Positions 48,055 to 60,294 are shown, numbered from the stretch's first letter. The stretch is DNA of 64,000 nt from Mustelus asterias (GCF_964213995.1 NW_027590144.1:806001-870000), one strand, 5' to 3'. The notes: a model not told the origin generated them from the sequence alone. A program made the numbers and translations.

Positions 48055-48378
48055 TTTGGGTGGTACATTGGTTAGCACTGCCGCCTCAAAACGCCAAGGT
48101 CCGAGGTTCAAATCTGGCATCGGATCGCTGTCTGTGTGGAGTTTGCACATTCTCCCCGTATCTGCATGGATTTCCTCCGGGTGTTCCGGTTTCCTCCCAT
48201 TGTCCAAAGATGTGCGGCTAATGTTGATTGACCGTGTTAAATTGGCCCTAGTGTCAGGGGTATTAGCAGGGTGAATGCATGTAGTTACAGGAGTGGGGCC
48301 TGGATGGGATTGTGGTCCGTACAGACTTGATGGGCCGAATTGGCCTCGTTCTGTACTGCAGGGATTCTATGATTCTAA
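48055..48378 (+). mobile_element. HE1-type V-SINE
   Basis: ggttagcactgccgcctca head, tgtgtggagtttgcacattctcccc V-domain, gggattctatgattcta tail. Confidence 0.85.
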
Positions 48379-48725
48379 TGGAACCTTATAACATTCTGAC
48401 CGGATGAAACAGGGTAGATTCAGAAAGAATGTTCTCGTTAGTGGGGAGTCCTGAACTCGGGATAATAGTTTGAGGATAACGGCTGAGATGATGAGACTTC
48501 CTTCAGCCAGAGAGTGGTGAATCTGCAGAATTCACTCCCACAGAAAGTAGTTGAGGCCAAACACTATGATTTCAAGAGAAGTTTAATATAGCTCTTGGGG
48601 CTAAATGGCGGATCAGGGTATTGAATTTGATTATCAGGCATGACAACAATGAATGGTAGATGATGTTCCAATGACCTCCTCCTGCTTCCGATGTTTTGAT
48701 GTAACAGGGATAAGAAGAAACAGTA

Positions 48726-48806
48726 GGGCTAGTCTCGGATTTCAACTCGGGATCTCGGTGGTTAAGGCATACCAAAATGCGATTCAGACCCCTACACCAA
48801 GGAGCC
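48726..48806 (-). pseudogene. tRNA-Pro(TGG)-like pseudogene with ~9 extra nt after the anticodon
   Basis: Reverse complement ggctccttggtgtaggggtctga..tttgg[tatgccttaac]..tcccgagttgaaatcc..actagccc; 81 nt versus 72. Confidence 0.55.
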
Positions 48807-49072
48807 TATAAGCAGCCACTGATTGAAAGAAAAGATGCTCTCTTGGCCATTCAAAACCGATCAGATAACTGCAGCGAAGGCGGAAGATGCTGCAGAAACT
48901 TAGGAATTCAGCCAGAATTTGTGGACAGGGAAACAAAGCTCATCTTTTACGTCCATGGCCTTTCATTACAACAGGAAAAGGTGAAAAATGTGGGAATTTG
49001 AAACGACTGAAACTCAGGAGGGAGGAAATGTAACAACAGGAAGAGTGTGGAAGTCAGGAGAAATGAAACTAT

Positions 49073-49820
49073 TTGATTTGGTTTTATTTATTATTGTCAC
49101 ATATATTAGTATGCCGTGAAAAGCATTTTTACTTGCGCGCTATACAGACAAAGCGTACTGTTCATAGAGAAGGAAACGGGAGTGCAGAATGTGGCATTGC
49201 AGTCACTGTCAGGGTGTAGACAAAGATCAACTTAATGCAAGGTAATGGCCATTCAAAAGTATGATGGCTGCAGGGAAGAAGCTGTTCTTGAGTCGGCTAG
49301 TACGTGACCTCAGACTTCTGTATCTTTCTCTCGAAGGAAGAAGATGCAAGAGAGAATGTCCGGGGTGCGTGGGGTCCTTAACAATGCTGGCTGCTTTGCC
49401 GAGGCAGCAGGAAGCGTCGACAGAATCAATGGATGGGAGGCTGGTTTGAGTGATGGATTGGACTACATTCACGACCCTTTGTAGTTTATTGCGGTCTTGG
49501 GCAGAGCAGGAGCCATATCAAGCTGTGATACAACTAGAAAGAGTGTTTTCTATGGTGCACCTGTAAACCTTGGTGACAGTCGGAGCTGACATGCCAAATT
49601 TCCTAAGTCTTCTGAGAAAGTAGAGGCGTTGATGGGCTTTCTTCACTATAGTGTCGGCATGGGAGGCCAGGACAGGTTGTTGGTGATCTGGAGACCTAAA
49701 AACCTGAAGCTCTGGACCCTTTCTACTTCGTCCCCTTTGATGGAGACAGGGGCATGTTCTCCTCGACGCTTTCTGAAGTCAATGACAATCTCCGTTTTGC
49801 TGACATTGAGGGAGAGATGA
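49073..49820 (-). mobile_element. Rex1/Babar-like LINE 3' fragment
   Basis: KAASIVKDPTHPGHSLLHLLPS..RYRSLRSRTSRLKNSFFPAAI; (caaat)n tail. Confidence 0.7.
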
Positions 49821-49934
49821 CAGAAATGAGAAATGAGAAAATACTTTGCAGTTCACGGCCTCAGGGTGAGGTACGCACTAAATTAGAAAATGAGTACACC
49901 ACAGAATGAGGCCATGCTAAGGAATGGCAATATA

Positions 49935-50540
49935 ATTCCAAGTCAGGATGGTGAGTGACTTGGAGGAGAACTTGCAGGTGGTGGTGTTCCCATGTGTCTA
50001 CTACCCTTGTCCTTCTGGATGGAAGTGGTCATGGGTTTCGAAGGTGCTGTCTAAGGATCTTTGGTGAATTGCTACCGTGTGTCTTTTAGATACATATCGC
50101 TGCTACTGAGCATCGGCTGTGGTGGGATTGAATGCTTGTGGATGTGGTGCCAATCAAGCGGGCTGCTTTGTCCTGGATGATGTCAATCTTCTTGTGTGTT
50201 GTGGGCGCTGCACCCATCCAGGCGAGGTGGGAATATTCCATCACGCTCCTGACTTGTGCCTTGTAGATGGTGGACAGGCTCTGAGGAGTCAGGCGGTGAG
50301 TTATTCGCCGCAGTATTCCTGGCCTCTGACCTGCCCTTGTAGCCATTGTGTTTATGTGGCGAGTCCAATTGAGTATCTGGTCAATGGTAACCGTATGGAT
50401 GTTAACAGTGGGGGATTCAGTGATGGAACAACTATTGACTGTCAAGAGGCGATGGTTAGATTTTCTCTTATTGGTGATGGACATTGTCTGGCATTTGTGT
50501 GGCGCGACTGTTACTTGCCACTTGTCAGCCCAAAGTCTAA
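49935..50540 (-). mobile_element. L2/CR1-group LINE fragment
   Basis: WADKWQVT..PHKCQ..LNWTRHIN..IYKAQVRSVMEYS. Confidence 0.7.
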
Positions 50541-50854
50541 TATAATGCAGCACACTGCGGACTTTCAAAATCTGAAATAGAAACAGAAAATACTGGGTTA
50601 TGTCAGTACTTCTGGAAGTATCTGTGGAGCGAGAATCAGAACGAACGCTTCCCGTCCAGCTCTCACGTGGCAGGCGCAGACATGATGGATGTCCGCGCCT
50701 GCCATGTGGGTGTCCCAGTGGGCTCTATCCGTGCTGTAAGATTCTGTGCCTTTATGACTCTTTTTCGGAGCCAGTCAGCAGAAAGCCATCCCGCCGTTTG
50801 CACCTTAAACAAATCACAATATCTCCTTTCGAACACAATATTTCGGTCAAAACG

Positions 50855-50944
50855 GGGCTCGCCCGGGATTTGAACCCGGGACCTCTCGCATGCTAATGGG
50901 GCGAGGTACCCTAAGCGAGAATCATACCCCTAGACCAACGAGCC
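50855..50944 (-). tRNA. tRNA-Pro(AGG) with 18-nt intron (50891-50908)
   Basis: Reverse complement GGCTCGTTGGTCTAGGGGTATGATTCTCGCTTAGGG [TACCTCGCCCCATTAGCA] TGCGAGAGGTCCCGGGTTCAAATCCCGGGCGAGCCC; mature part 72 nt, all stems pair; TTTT terminator at 50852-50849. Confidence 0.85.
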
Positions 50945-53005
50945 TGCACGTTAATAGCCAGCAAAATAAAAATTGTTTAACTTTCTACAAAGCAGTTCTG
51001 ACACCTCGAGTGAAAGCCGAAATTGATTAAATAACTTACCGCATCAGCATTTGTGGACTTTAAGTTCCAGCAAAATATCCGTCCAATATTGTTACCTCGA
51101 CTGTTTGCAACTGTGGGTTTTTGTTTATAAAGTACACATGTTACAGTCAATAATTTTAACCCAGCGACTTCAACATGTGACAACTCTGAGTCTGCCTTTG
51201 ATACTTGATCACTTTTGAAAGGTGTGGTCTGTCTGATGACATGGTTCACCTGGGAGATCTGTGGGTTTGTGTGAAAGGATCGGGGAGCGATTGGACTTGA
51301 TGTGATAGTAATATGAGTAAAAACATGTTAAACTTCCCAACAGTGACAATCAGTAACCTCAGTGAGGGAAAACACTTAGACGCGACTGTATTGTCAGGTT
51401 CACTATGAGTAAATTTTCGCTGATTTTTAACACCATGTGTTGTCCTGACAATGAATCATTGATTATCGACCTGTGCCAGATTTTGTATGAGGCCCGCGGG
51501 AGCCTCATTCACTGTGGCTCTCCCTGCCTCTGACCTGTGCCACACTTTTGTCCCACCTCACGCGTCCTACCTTGCTATTTACCACTGCAAACTCAATTTA
51601 GAAATGTAGTTATATTTTTCTTAGCAATGTTATTGTAGATGGATTACTTCAAAGTTATTATATTGTACATGTAGTTCGATTACAACATTGACACACTAAC
51701 CATTACGAATTTTCACTTGGATACCACAGCATAAATCCATTTCTGCAGTATTATTGTTGCTGCTATTGGAAGTTATAGTTATTGCCGTGCAAACATGTAA
51801 CTTTTGTATTATCAGTATCATTGTTGTGCTTGAATTATCACATTGTCACCTCTCTGCGCATGTAAATATGTATCATCTTCTCCCTGTTCCAGTGGGCGAA
51901 TTACCACAACGTTATCACGATATAATTCTCGATATTCTTCGTGTTGTGGATATTGAGAGCAATGGATTGAGTCGTACAAATAATTGCTGTCTGAACATAA
52001 TGAAATATTTTATTGACAGACCTTAGGTGTCAATGGGTTTTTGACAGTATAGGAGGATTGCAATCGTGGCTCTTTGGTGAGTAATTGGTACACACCCATA
52101 AAAAACACAAGAACACTATTTTCGTCTCCAGTCTGTATCCTGGACTCTCATTACACAAGTCACAATTTCTCTCCATTCTTTTCTGATTGCTTTGACTATG
52201 TTGACCGAGGTACGGTAACTGGAGGCATATTTTGCATGGAATATAAGTGATTTTGGAAATGCCTGCGGTCAGTTGCACGCCTCTCTCTGAAATTTCAGAA
52301 GACATATTGAATGGACCCAGTACTGCTTGCGAGCTCCAAATCTGATATTTACCTTCAAATATGCACTTCAGGTCAGATTTGTTCATTTACCCCTGCAATG
52401 AGAGTAAGACTCTCTTCAATTGCGTCCTTTACATCTGCCAGTTCCAGTATTGCATTATACACCAGCAATTACGGCTAATTCTCAGGTTAGGAGCTCCTTT
52501 CAACATTGCCTTTGTAAATTCAGAGAAACGCCAATTGGCTCCCGCTGTTTTGATTGAAGATTTATATTTTGGTTTAATGCAGGCATTTCCAACAGTGAAT
52601 AGTTTAAGAATAATTCTCCAGATGGGGCAACTTTTGAAGTTGAACGAGATGGGAACTTTCCAGTTGAATATGGCAATTAATGTATTTTTATAATTACATA
52701 TCCAACGTGTCCTGTAATAAGTTGCTGACTATTCCTGAAGTTGCATTTATGGTTATTTAATATTTTCTTAAATTTCATTATATTGTATTGCATTATGCAG
52801 TTCCATGTCACTGACCCAGCTTATTTATAATTCTTATGATTATGTGCATGGGAACCCGAACAAGGGACAGTTTGCAAAGCAGAATCAAGTCGCAAACGTT
52901 TCAATTTCTTGCACAATCTTGTATCATTTGGATGGGAGTTGAGAAAATAACATCTTGTCTATCGTGCTGTCACCCATATGTTCCCTTTCCTTCTCTATTT
53001 TACAG

Positions 53006-53916
53006 CAAACTTGGCAGTCATTTTAATCCTATACCGAAGGAGCTGTGGTCTCTCCAGATGTATAATTTACTATGTGGTGTCCATGGCGTTGATGGATCTC
53101 TTGGTCATTATCACCAGCGTGATATTAAGCCGGACTGCTGGGATTTATTTCCCCGGCAGTTTCCTGTCAATCACACCAATATGCATTCTGCACGTTGTGA
53201 TAATCTACGCAACCATTGACAGTTCTGCCTGGTTAACGGTTGCTTTCACCTTTGATCGATTTGTGGGCATTTGCTGCCAGAAGCTGAAAATCAAATACTG
53301 CACGGAGAAGACAGCAGCGTGGGTCATAGGGACCGTCTGCACATTGAGCTCTCTAAAAACATCCTTCCTGTATTTTATCTTTGAACCTCTGCATATAATT
53401 GACAACATACCTTGGTTCTGTGTTATAAAACAATTATTTTATACATCCCCCGCATGGGACGCCTATGATTTGTTTCGAACAATTTCAATGCCCTGTATCC
53501 CATTTATTCTGATTTTATTGTTCAATGCTCTGACCGTCAAACACATTGTCGCGGCTAATCGGGCCCGCAGGAGACTCCGGGCACAGAGTAATGGAGAAAA
53601 ACAGAGTGACCCAGAGGTGGAGAAGCGGAGAAAGTCCATTATTTTACTCTTTGCCATCTCGGGCAGTTTCATCCTCTTATATACGTTATTTTTTGTGACG
53701 ATACTCTATGTCCGAATTGCAAAGGTTCCTTATTTTTCTGTTCCTGATATTAGTGAATGGTCATTTATCTTGGAGGAAAGCGGATATATGCTGCAGTTTC
53801 TGAGTTCCTGCATCAACCCGTTTATTTATGCTGGGACTCAAAGGAATTTCAGAGCCGAGTTAAAGAATGGAGTGAATTATCCACTGAAATTATTTATTAA
53901 TTTGTTTAAGTTTTGA
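53006..53916 (+). CDS. GPR139-like class A GPCR, main exon (end of TM1 through TM7); short first exon not located
   Basis: Acceptor tttacag at 53005. ANLAVILIL..MALMDLLV..WLTVAFTFDRFVGICC..CIPFILILLFNALTV..SIILLFAISGSF..SSCINPFIY; open frame to TGA at 53916. Confidence 0.85.
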
Positions 53917-54122
53917 AAAATGAGATAGAAAACGAAAATTTCATTAAACTCCAACAATTCATCTACTTCTCAGTGCCACAATAGACCACCCTTCAAATGT
54001 TTCTTTTTTGTCGACACGTGCACAATATGCGAATTCAAGAATTTATAAAGAAAACTGAATCACTGTAAAACAAAATCGGTATTGCAATCTCGTGTATCCA
54101 CGGGATTCGCTTGTCTCCAACC

Positions 54123-54194
54123 TCAGTGGTGGTCCAGTGATCAAGATTCGACCAGTTTATCTCCACGGCCGCGGTTTGATTCATGGTCAGTTAA
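54123..54194 (+). pseudogene. Degraded tRNA-Glu-like pseudogene
   Basis: tggtggtccagtgatcaagattcg...cggcc.cggtttgattc.tggtcag. Confidence 0.5.
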
Positions 54195-54501
54195 TATGGA
54201 CCAAATCATTGTTCACCTATTATAATAATATGACTCATAGGAAATGCGTAACTCTTCTGAATAGTGGAGTGAGAGTTGAACATATAGACAAGGAACAGGC
54301 GGAGCCCGATCAGACACTCGAACGTTCTCAGCCATTTTAATAAGATCGTGACTCATCTGATAGTAATCTGCACTCCTCATAATCAAGAAAACCTAACACC
54401 CCCTTGCTTAGCAAGAATCTATCCACCTCTGCCTTAAGAATATTCAAATACTCTGTTTCTACCGCCTTTTCAGGCAGAGTTCCAAAGATTCACGAGCCTC
54501 T

Positions 54502-56476
54502 AGAACATAGAACATTACAGCGCAGTACAGGCCCTTCGGTTCTCGATGTTGCGCCGACCAGTGGTACCAATCTAAAGCCCCTCTAAACTACACTATTCCA
54601 ATATCATCCATATGTTTATCCAATAACCACTTGAACGCTCTCAACGTTGACGAGTCCACCACTGCTGCAGGCAAGGCATTCCACGCCCTTACTACTCTCT
54701 GAGTAAAGAACCTACCTCTAACATCTGTCCTATATCTCTCACCCCTCAATTTAAAGCTATGTCCCCTCGTGCTAGCCAACACGATCCGAGGACAAAGGCT
54801 CTCACTATCCACCCTATCTAATCCTCTGATCATCTTGTATGCCTCTATTAAGTCACCTCTTAACCTTCTTCTCTCTAACGAAAACAACCTCAAGCCCCTC
54901 AGCCTTTCCTCATACGATCTTCCCACCATACCAGGCAACATCCTGGTCAATCTCCTCTGCACCCTTTCCAACATTTCCATATCTTTCCTATAATATGGCG
55001 ACCAGAACTGTACGTAATACTCCAAATGCGGCCGCACCAGAGTTTTGTACAGTTGCAGCGTGTCCTCCTGGCTCCGAAACTCAATCCCTCTACCAATAAA
55101 AGCTAACACACCGTACGCCTTCTTAACAACCCTATCAACCTGGGTGCCAACTTTCAGGGATCTATGCACATGGACACCCAGATCCCTCTGTTCATCCACA
55201 CTACCAAGTATCTTACCATGAGCCCAGTACTCTGTATTCCTGTTACTCCTTCCAAAGTGAATCACCTCACACTTTTCCGCATTAAACTCCATTTGCCACC
55301 TCTCAGCCCAGCTCTGCAGCTTATCTATGTCCCTCTGTAACCTGCCACTTCCCTCCTCACTGTCTACAACTCCACCGACTTTAGTGTCATCCGCAAATTT
55401 ACTAATCCATCCTTCCACGCCCTCATCCAAGTCATTAATAAAAATGACAAACAGCAGTGGCCCCAAAACAGATCCTTGCGGTACACCACTAGTAACTGAG
55501 CTCCAGGGTGAATATTTCCCATCAAACACCATCCTTTGTTTTCTTACAGCGAGCCAATTCCTGATCCAAACCACTAAATCACCCTCAATCCCATGTGTCC
55601 GTATTTTCTGCAAAAGCTTACATGGGGAACCTTATCAAACGCTTTGCTGAAATCCATGTACACCACATCAACCGCTTTACCCTCATCCACCTCTTTGGTC
55701 ACCTTCTCAAAGAACTCAATAAGGTTTGTGAGGCACGACCTACCCTTCACAAAACCGTGCTGACTATCCCTAATCAAATTATTCCTTTCTAGGTGATTAT
55801 AAATCCTATCTCTTATAATCCTTTCCAATACTTTGCCCACAACAGAAGTAAGGCTCACCGGTCTATAATTACCAGGGTTGTCCCTACTCCCCTTCTTGAA
55901 CAAGGGGACAACATTTGCTATCCTCCAGTCTTCTGGCACTGTTCCTGGAGACAATGACGACACAAAGATCAAAACCAAAGGCTCTGCAATGTCCTCTCGA
56001 GCCTCCCAGAGAATCCTAGGATAAATCCCATCCGGCCCAGGGGACTTATCTATTTTTACCCTTTCCAGAATTGCTAACACCTCCTCCTTATGAACATCAA
56101 TACCATCCAGTCCAACAGCCTGCATCTCAGTACTCCCCTCAACAACACTGTCCCTCTCCAGTGTGAATACCGACGAAACATATTCATTTAGTGTCTCTCC
56201 TATCTCTTCAGACTCCACGCACAACGTCCCACTCCTGTCCTTGACTGGCCCTAATCTTACCCTCGTCATTCTTTTACTCCTATAGAAAGCTTTAGGGTTT
56301 TCCTTGATCCTACCTGCCAAAGACTTCTCATGTCCCCTCCTGGCTCTTCTTAACTCTTTCTTTAGGTCCTTCCTGGCTAACTTGTAACTCTCAAGCGCCC
56401 TAACTGAGCCTTCACGTCTCATCTTAACATAAGTCTCCTTCTTCCTCTTCACAAGAGATTCAACCTCCTTAGTAAA
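54502..56476 (-). mobile_element. 5'-truncated CR1 nested in an older CR1 remnant (~54280-57000)
   Basis: ORFs 55574-56452 and 54588-55613 form one RT frame with a frameshift; TSD CCTCT at 54497-54501 and 56477-56481. Confidence 0.88.
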
Positions 56477-58216
56477 CCTCTGAGTGAAAATATTTCACCT
56501 CATCTCCGTTCTAAATGGGTGACCACTTACTTTTAAACAGCGGACCCTAGTTCCTATGTGTGCAACAAGTGGAAACATCCTCTCTACATCCACTCTGTCA
56601 GGACCCCTCGGGATCTTATATATATTTAGTCAAGTCAACCCTCACTCTTCTAAATTCCAACAGATAGAGTTTACCCTATCTCACCTTTCCTCATAAAACA
56701 GCCCACCCATTCCAGGGAGTAGAATGATAAACTTTCTCTGAATACATTTACAGATTTTTTGAAAAAGTTGCTAATACCATACACTGTACAGCAAAATAGT
56801 CTCACTCGTGCCTTGCAGAGCTGAAACATTTTCGTGGTACTTTTGTACTTAATTCCCCTCGCATCAAGTGATAACAATCTATTAGTTTACCTCATTATTT
56901 GATGTACCTGCCTAATAGCCTTTAGTGATTCATGCACTCGGACACTCACATTCCTCTGCTCCTCAGAGCTCTGGAATATCTCGTCATTTAGATAGTATGC
57001 TTCATTCTCACAAAATGGAAAATTTGATTTCATTTTGTCATCTAAAGCTCATCAGAATTCTGCATCTGTCGGCCAGAATGCGAGAAAAAAAATAGCAAGT
57101 CTGGAAGCATTTGTGGATCGATCATTGAAACTCATATTTCATGTCCATGACCTTTCACATTGATTCCAGGGCACTCAGAGACAAATGCTTGCAAAAGGGT
57201 CCTTCCAACTCGAAGAAATACTCCACCCAATGTTGCCAGCTCCACTGTCTTGAACAGGGGTTTGATGGATACAAGGAAATCATAAATAACCTTGACAATG
57301 CTTAGTGGGAAGTGAACGTTCCAATATGCAGTTACATTGCACTTCATAACTTGCTTTGTCGAAGTACAATTCGGTGGAAAACCATAACCATGCGGCAGAG
57401 AAATTGATCCATCATTAGAATCAGAAAGTGCCATTCCAGACTAGGGGGCTGAAATAAATCTAGGGGTACTCGATATGGCTCAAAGTAACAAGAGATTTGT
57501 TGCCAAGAATATATTAGTATTTACAACAGAAGCTCAAATAAAATCTATGATGTAGATATGATTCCGAAGGATCTTAACATACAATCACATCAAGTGAACA
57601 GTGAGGAAAATAATGCAACTCTCCTCCCAGTCTCATGGGGCAATGGGCTGCGAGCAACTAAAGGGAGGGTGATGGACAACGAACGGACCAGAGACACAGG
57701 AATGTCAATTTCATACATGCGTTTGGTAGCAATGAGAAACGATCAGATTTCAACAGGAGGAAAGCTACGGTAATTATTCCGTGCAGCCATGTAGTGAATG
57801 AGATCCAATACTTCTCTCATTTGTGGCGTGTCGGAATTGGGAGCGCTCGGTGTAAGACTTGGGCCAGTGCAGGTACATTTCCGATTTGATTTGATTTGAT
57901 ATATTATTGTCACATTTATTGGTGTGCAGTGAAAAGTACTGTTTCTTGCGCGCTTTACAGATAAAGCATACCGTTCATAGAGCACAAAGGGGAGAAGGGA
58001 AGGAATGGGTCCAGAATGTAGTGTTACAGTCAGAGATACGACGTCCAGAAAGACCAGATTAATACATAGTTAGTCCATTCAAAAGTCTGATGGCAGAAGT
58101 GAAGAAGCTGGTACTTCCCTACTAAACAGTTTTTTCTTTGACAAATTACGCAGCATGAATTGAACGCCAACGCCCGTGTAATAAACTTGGGCTTGAGGGA
58201 AGGCCTAATATTGCTG

Positions 58217-58222
58217 TTTATT
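58217..58222 (-). terminator. PolyA signal of secretory IgM
   Basis: AATAAA 28 nt after the tailpiece stop. Confidence 0.7.
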
Positions 58223-58250
58223 TAAGAGCTGAAATGTAACCGACTGTTTC

Positions 58251-58642
58251 TCATTCACATGAATTGATGATGTCTGTCAGTGCAAGGGCAATGTTCACAA
58301 AACTAGGTTTACCGCTGGATTTATCAACTGTTCTGTTGATGATCTTCAAGGGGATGGCTTCATGTCCCACCACACAGGAGTAAGAAGCGCCGCTGGCCCA
58401 CTCCTCCGCTGCAATGGATAACAGGCTGTACATGAAGAAGGAGCTATTGACCTTCTTCCCCATCACCTGGTTGTTCCTGTAGTTCCCAGGATTCACCGGC
58501 TGGCAATTGACGGTCCACTTGACAAAGGTCTCTCGTGGGGAGAAACCTCTCACAAAGCAACTGAGGGAGACGAATCTCGGAGAGGAGACTTCTTCTGCCG
58601 AGGGCAGGAGGACAGAGACGGACGGTGCACGAGGATTTGGAT
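58251..58642 (-). CDS. IGHM: IgM heavy chain Cmu4 exon plus secretory tailpiece
   Basis: ttctgcag acceptor. [79 protein letters not shown]; internal G/GTAAA TM splice donor at 58312. Confidence 0.92.
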
Positions 58643-59125
58643 CTGCAGAAAATGCAAAATAAATGTCAATAAACTGGAGAATTCCAGAAGTAGTGAAAGA
58701 GGTTGACAAGTGTGAGAAGAATCTTTGTTCTCCTGAATGTAGAATATTTTCCTTGTCCCCTTTGCATTCTTACCCTGCTCGGAGTACGGACCAGTGCCGT
58801 CATTCTCTCCGAAAACTGCGAGTTGGACTTGAAAGTTGGATAGAAATGACAGCAGAGAAGCAGGCCGTTCCGCCCCAGTGCTCTGTGCTGGTGGTTAATC
58901 TCCACAGTTTTTTCGACGAGTATTCAACCCTTGTATTCTTTTTCTCTTTCGCTACCTTGCACAATTTTCCCTGAAATCTATGCCCTGTACATTCAAAGGT
59001 TTTGGTTCGTGGCATTATCAATTATCATTGTGATTCACTAAAACAACAAAAAAAAACAATGTTCTTTCCACCAGCGTAGGGGAGAGGCACAGGCATCATT
59101 TTATTGCTCCAATCTCACCTCGCAC

Positions 59126-59434
59126 CTTCTTTCTTCTGTATGAAATTGCTTAAATCAAACGGCAGATCCGGATGGCTCACCGCACAATCAAACTCAGCCC
59201 CACTTTGCCAGGCTACTGTCGAGATGTTTAAATTGCTGACCACGCTGAAAGGATCCTCTCCAGGTATTTCGGCAACCTCTGATTTCAGACGCTTCTTTTC
59301 TCGAATCCAGGACACGTTGACTCCATAAGGAGCATCAGAAATTACGCAGGTTAAGGTCACGGTCGCCTCCAGTAAGACCTGTTCCATTGGTGGTGGCAGT
59401 ATCATCACTGTGGCATCAGGATATCGGGGAGGAT
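59126..59434 (-). CDS. IGHM: IgM heavy chain Cmu3 exon
   Basis: Acceptor gcacag and donor GT; 309 nt, phase 1-1. [59 protein letters not shown]. Confidence 0.9.
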
Positions 59435-60294
59435 CTGTGCATGAAAGAAATGAACATCAACCCAAGTTCCGTCTTCAGAATCAGGACAGCAATGTTCAGC
59501 ATTTAGTCTCTAAATAAAAATAAATCAACTGCGAAATATCAACCTCTATCAACTTTTACGTTCCATATTTATTGGAAAAGCAACTTGGTCAGTACTCAAA
59601 GTCGCTTTATAGAGTGGATACACTTTCCAACGCTGTATCACAACGCTATTACCAGTAAAGGGTCCGAAACATCTATGGGATATGGCGTGTTTTGCGAGGC
59701 CAGCATTTATTGCCCATCCCAATGCCCTTGAGAAAATGGTGGAGAGCCTTCTCGATCCAATGGAGCCTAGGTGCTCCATGTCCACCCACAATGTTCTTAG
59801 GGATGAAGTGAAGGATCAGCGATATATTTGTAAGTCAGGATGGTGAGTGGCTTGGAGGCAACATCCAGGAGGTGGTCCTCCTCCTGCCCTTGTCGTTCCT
59901 GAGGGCAGTTGGCGTGGGTTTAGAAGGTTTTGTCGAAGGAGGCTTGGTCAGTTCCTGCTGCGCATCTTGCAGATGATACACACGGCTGCCACTGTGCATC
60001 AGCCTGGAAGAACAAAATATTTGTGAAATGGTTGCCAATGGAGCGGCCTAGATAATGCTCAGCTTCTTGAGCGTTGTTAGAGCTGCACTCATCGAGGCAA
60101 GTTGATAACGTGTGAAACTCACTCACTGAATGGCAGCAAATTAGAATGAAACTGTCTTTGCTGATGTGATGAAATTTTGAATGATGAGCAACCCGAATAT
60201 ATCTCTTACATCATAATGAAACGCAGATTACATGAGTGAAAATTAGAAGTTATGTGCTTTTTATCAACTTCAGTAAGTCCCTGGTTATAATTAA

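Noticed and set aside
52978-53005. ATG at 52978 as the GPCR start
   Set aside because: It lies in the polypyrimidine tract before a canonical acceptor; the family normally has a separate first exon
57132-57452. Candidate IgM transmembrane exon (tttcag acceptor downstream of Cmu4)
   Set aside because: Immediate in-frame stop and no CART-type TM motif (W..ASTF..LF.LS..Y)
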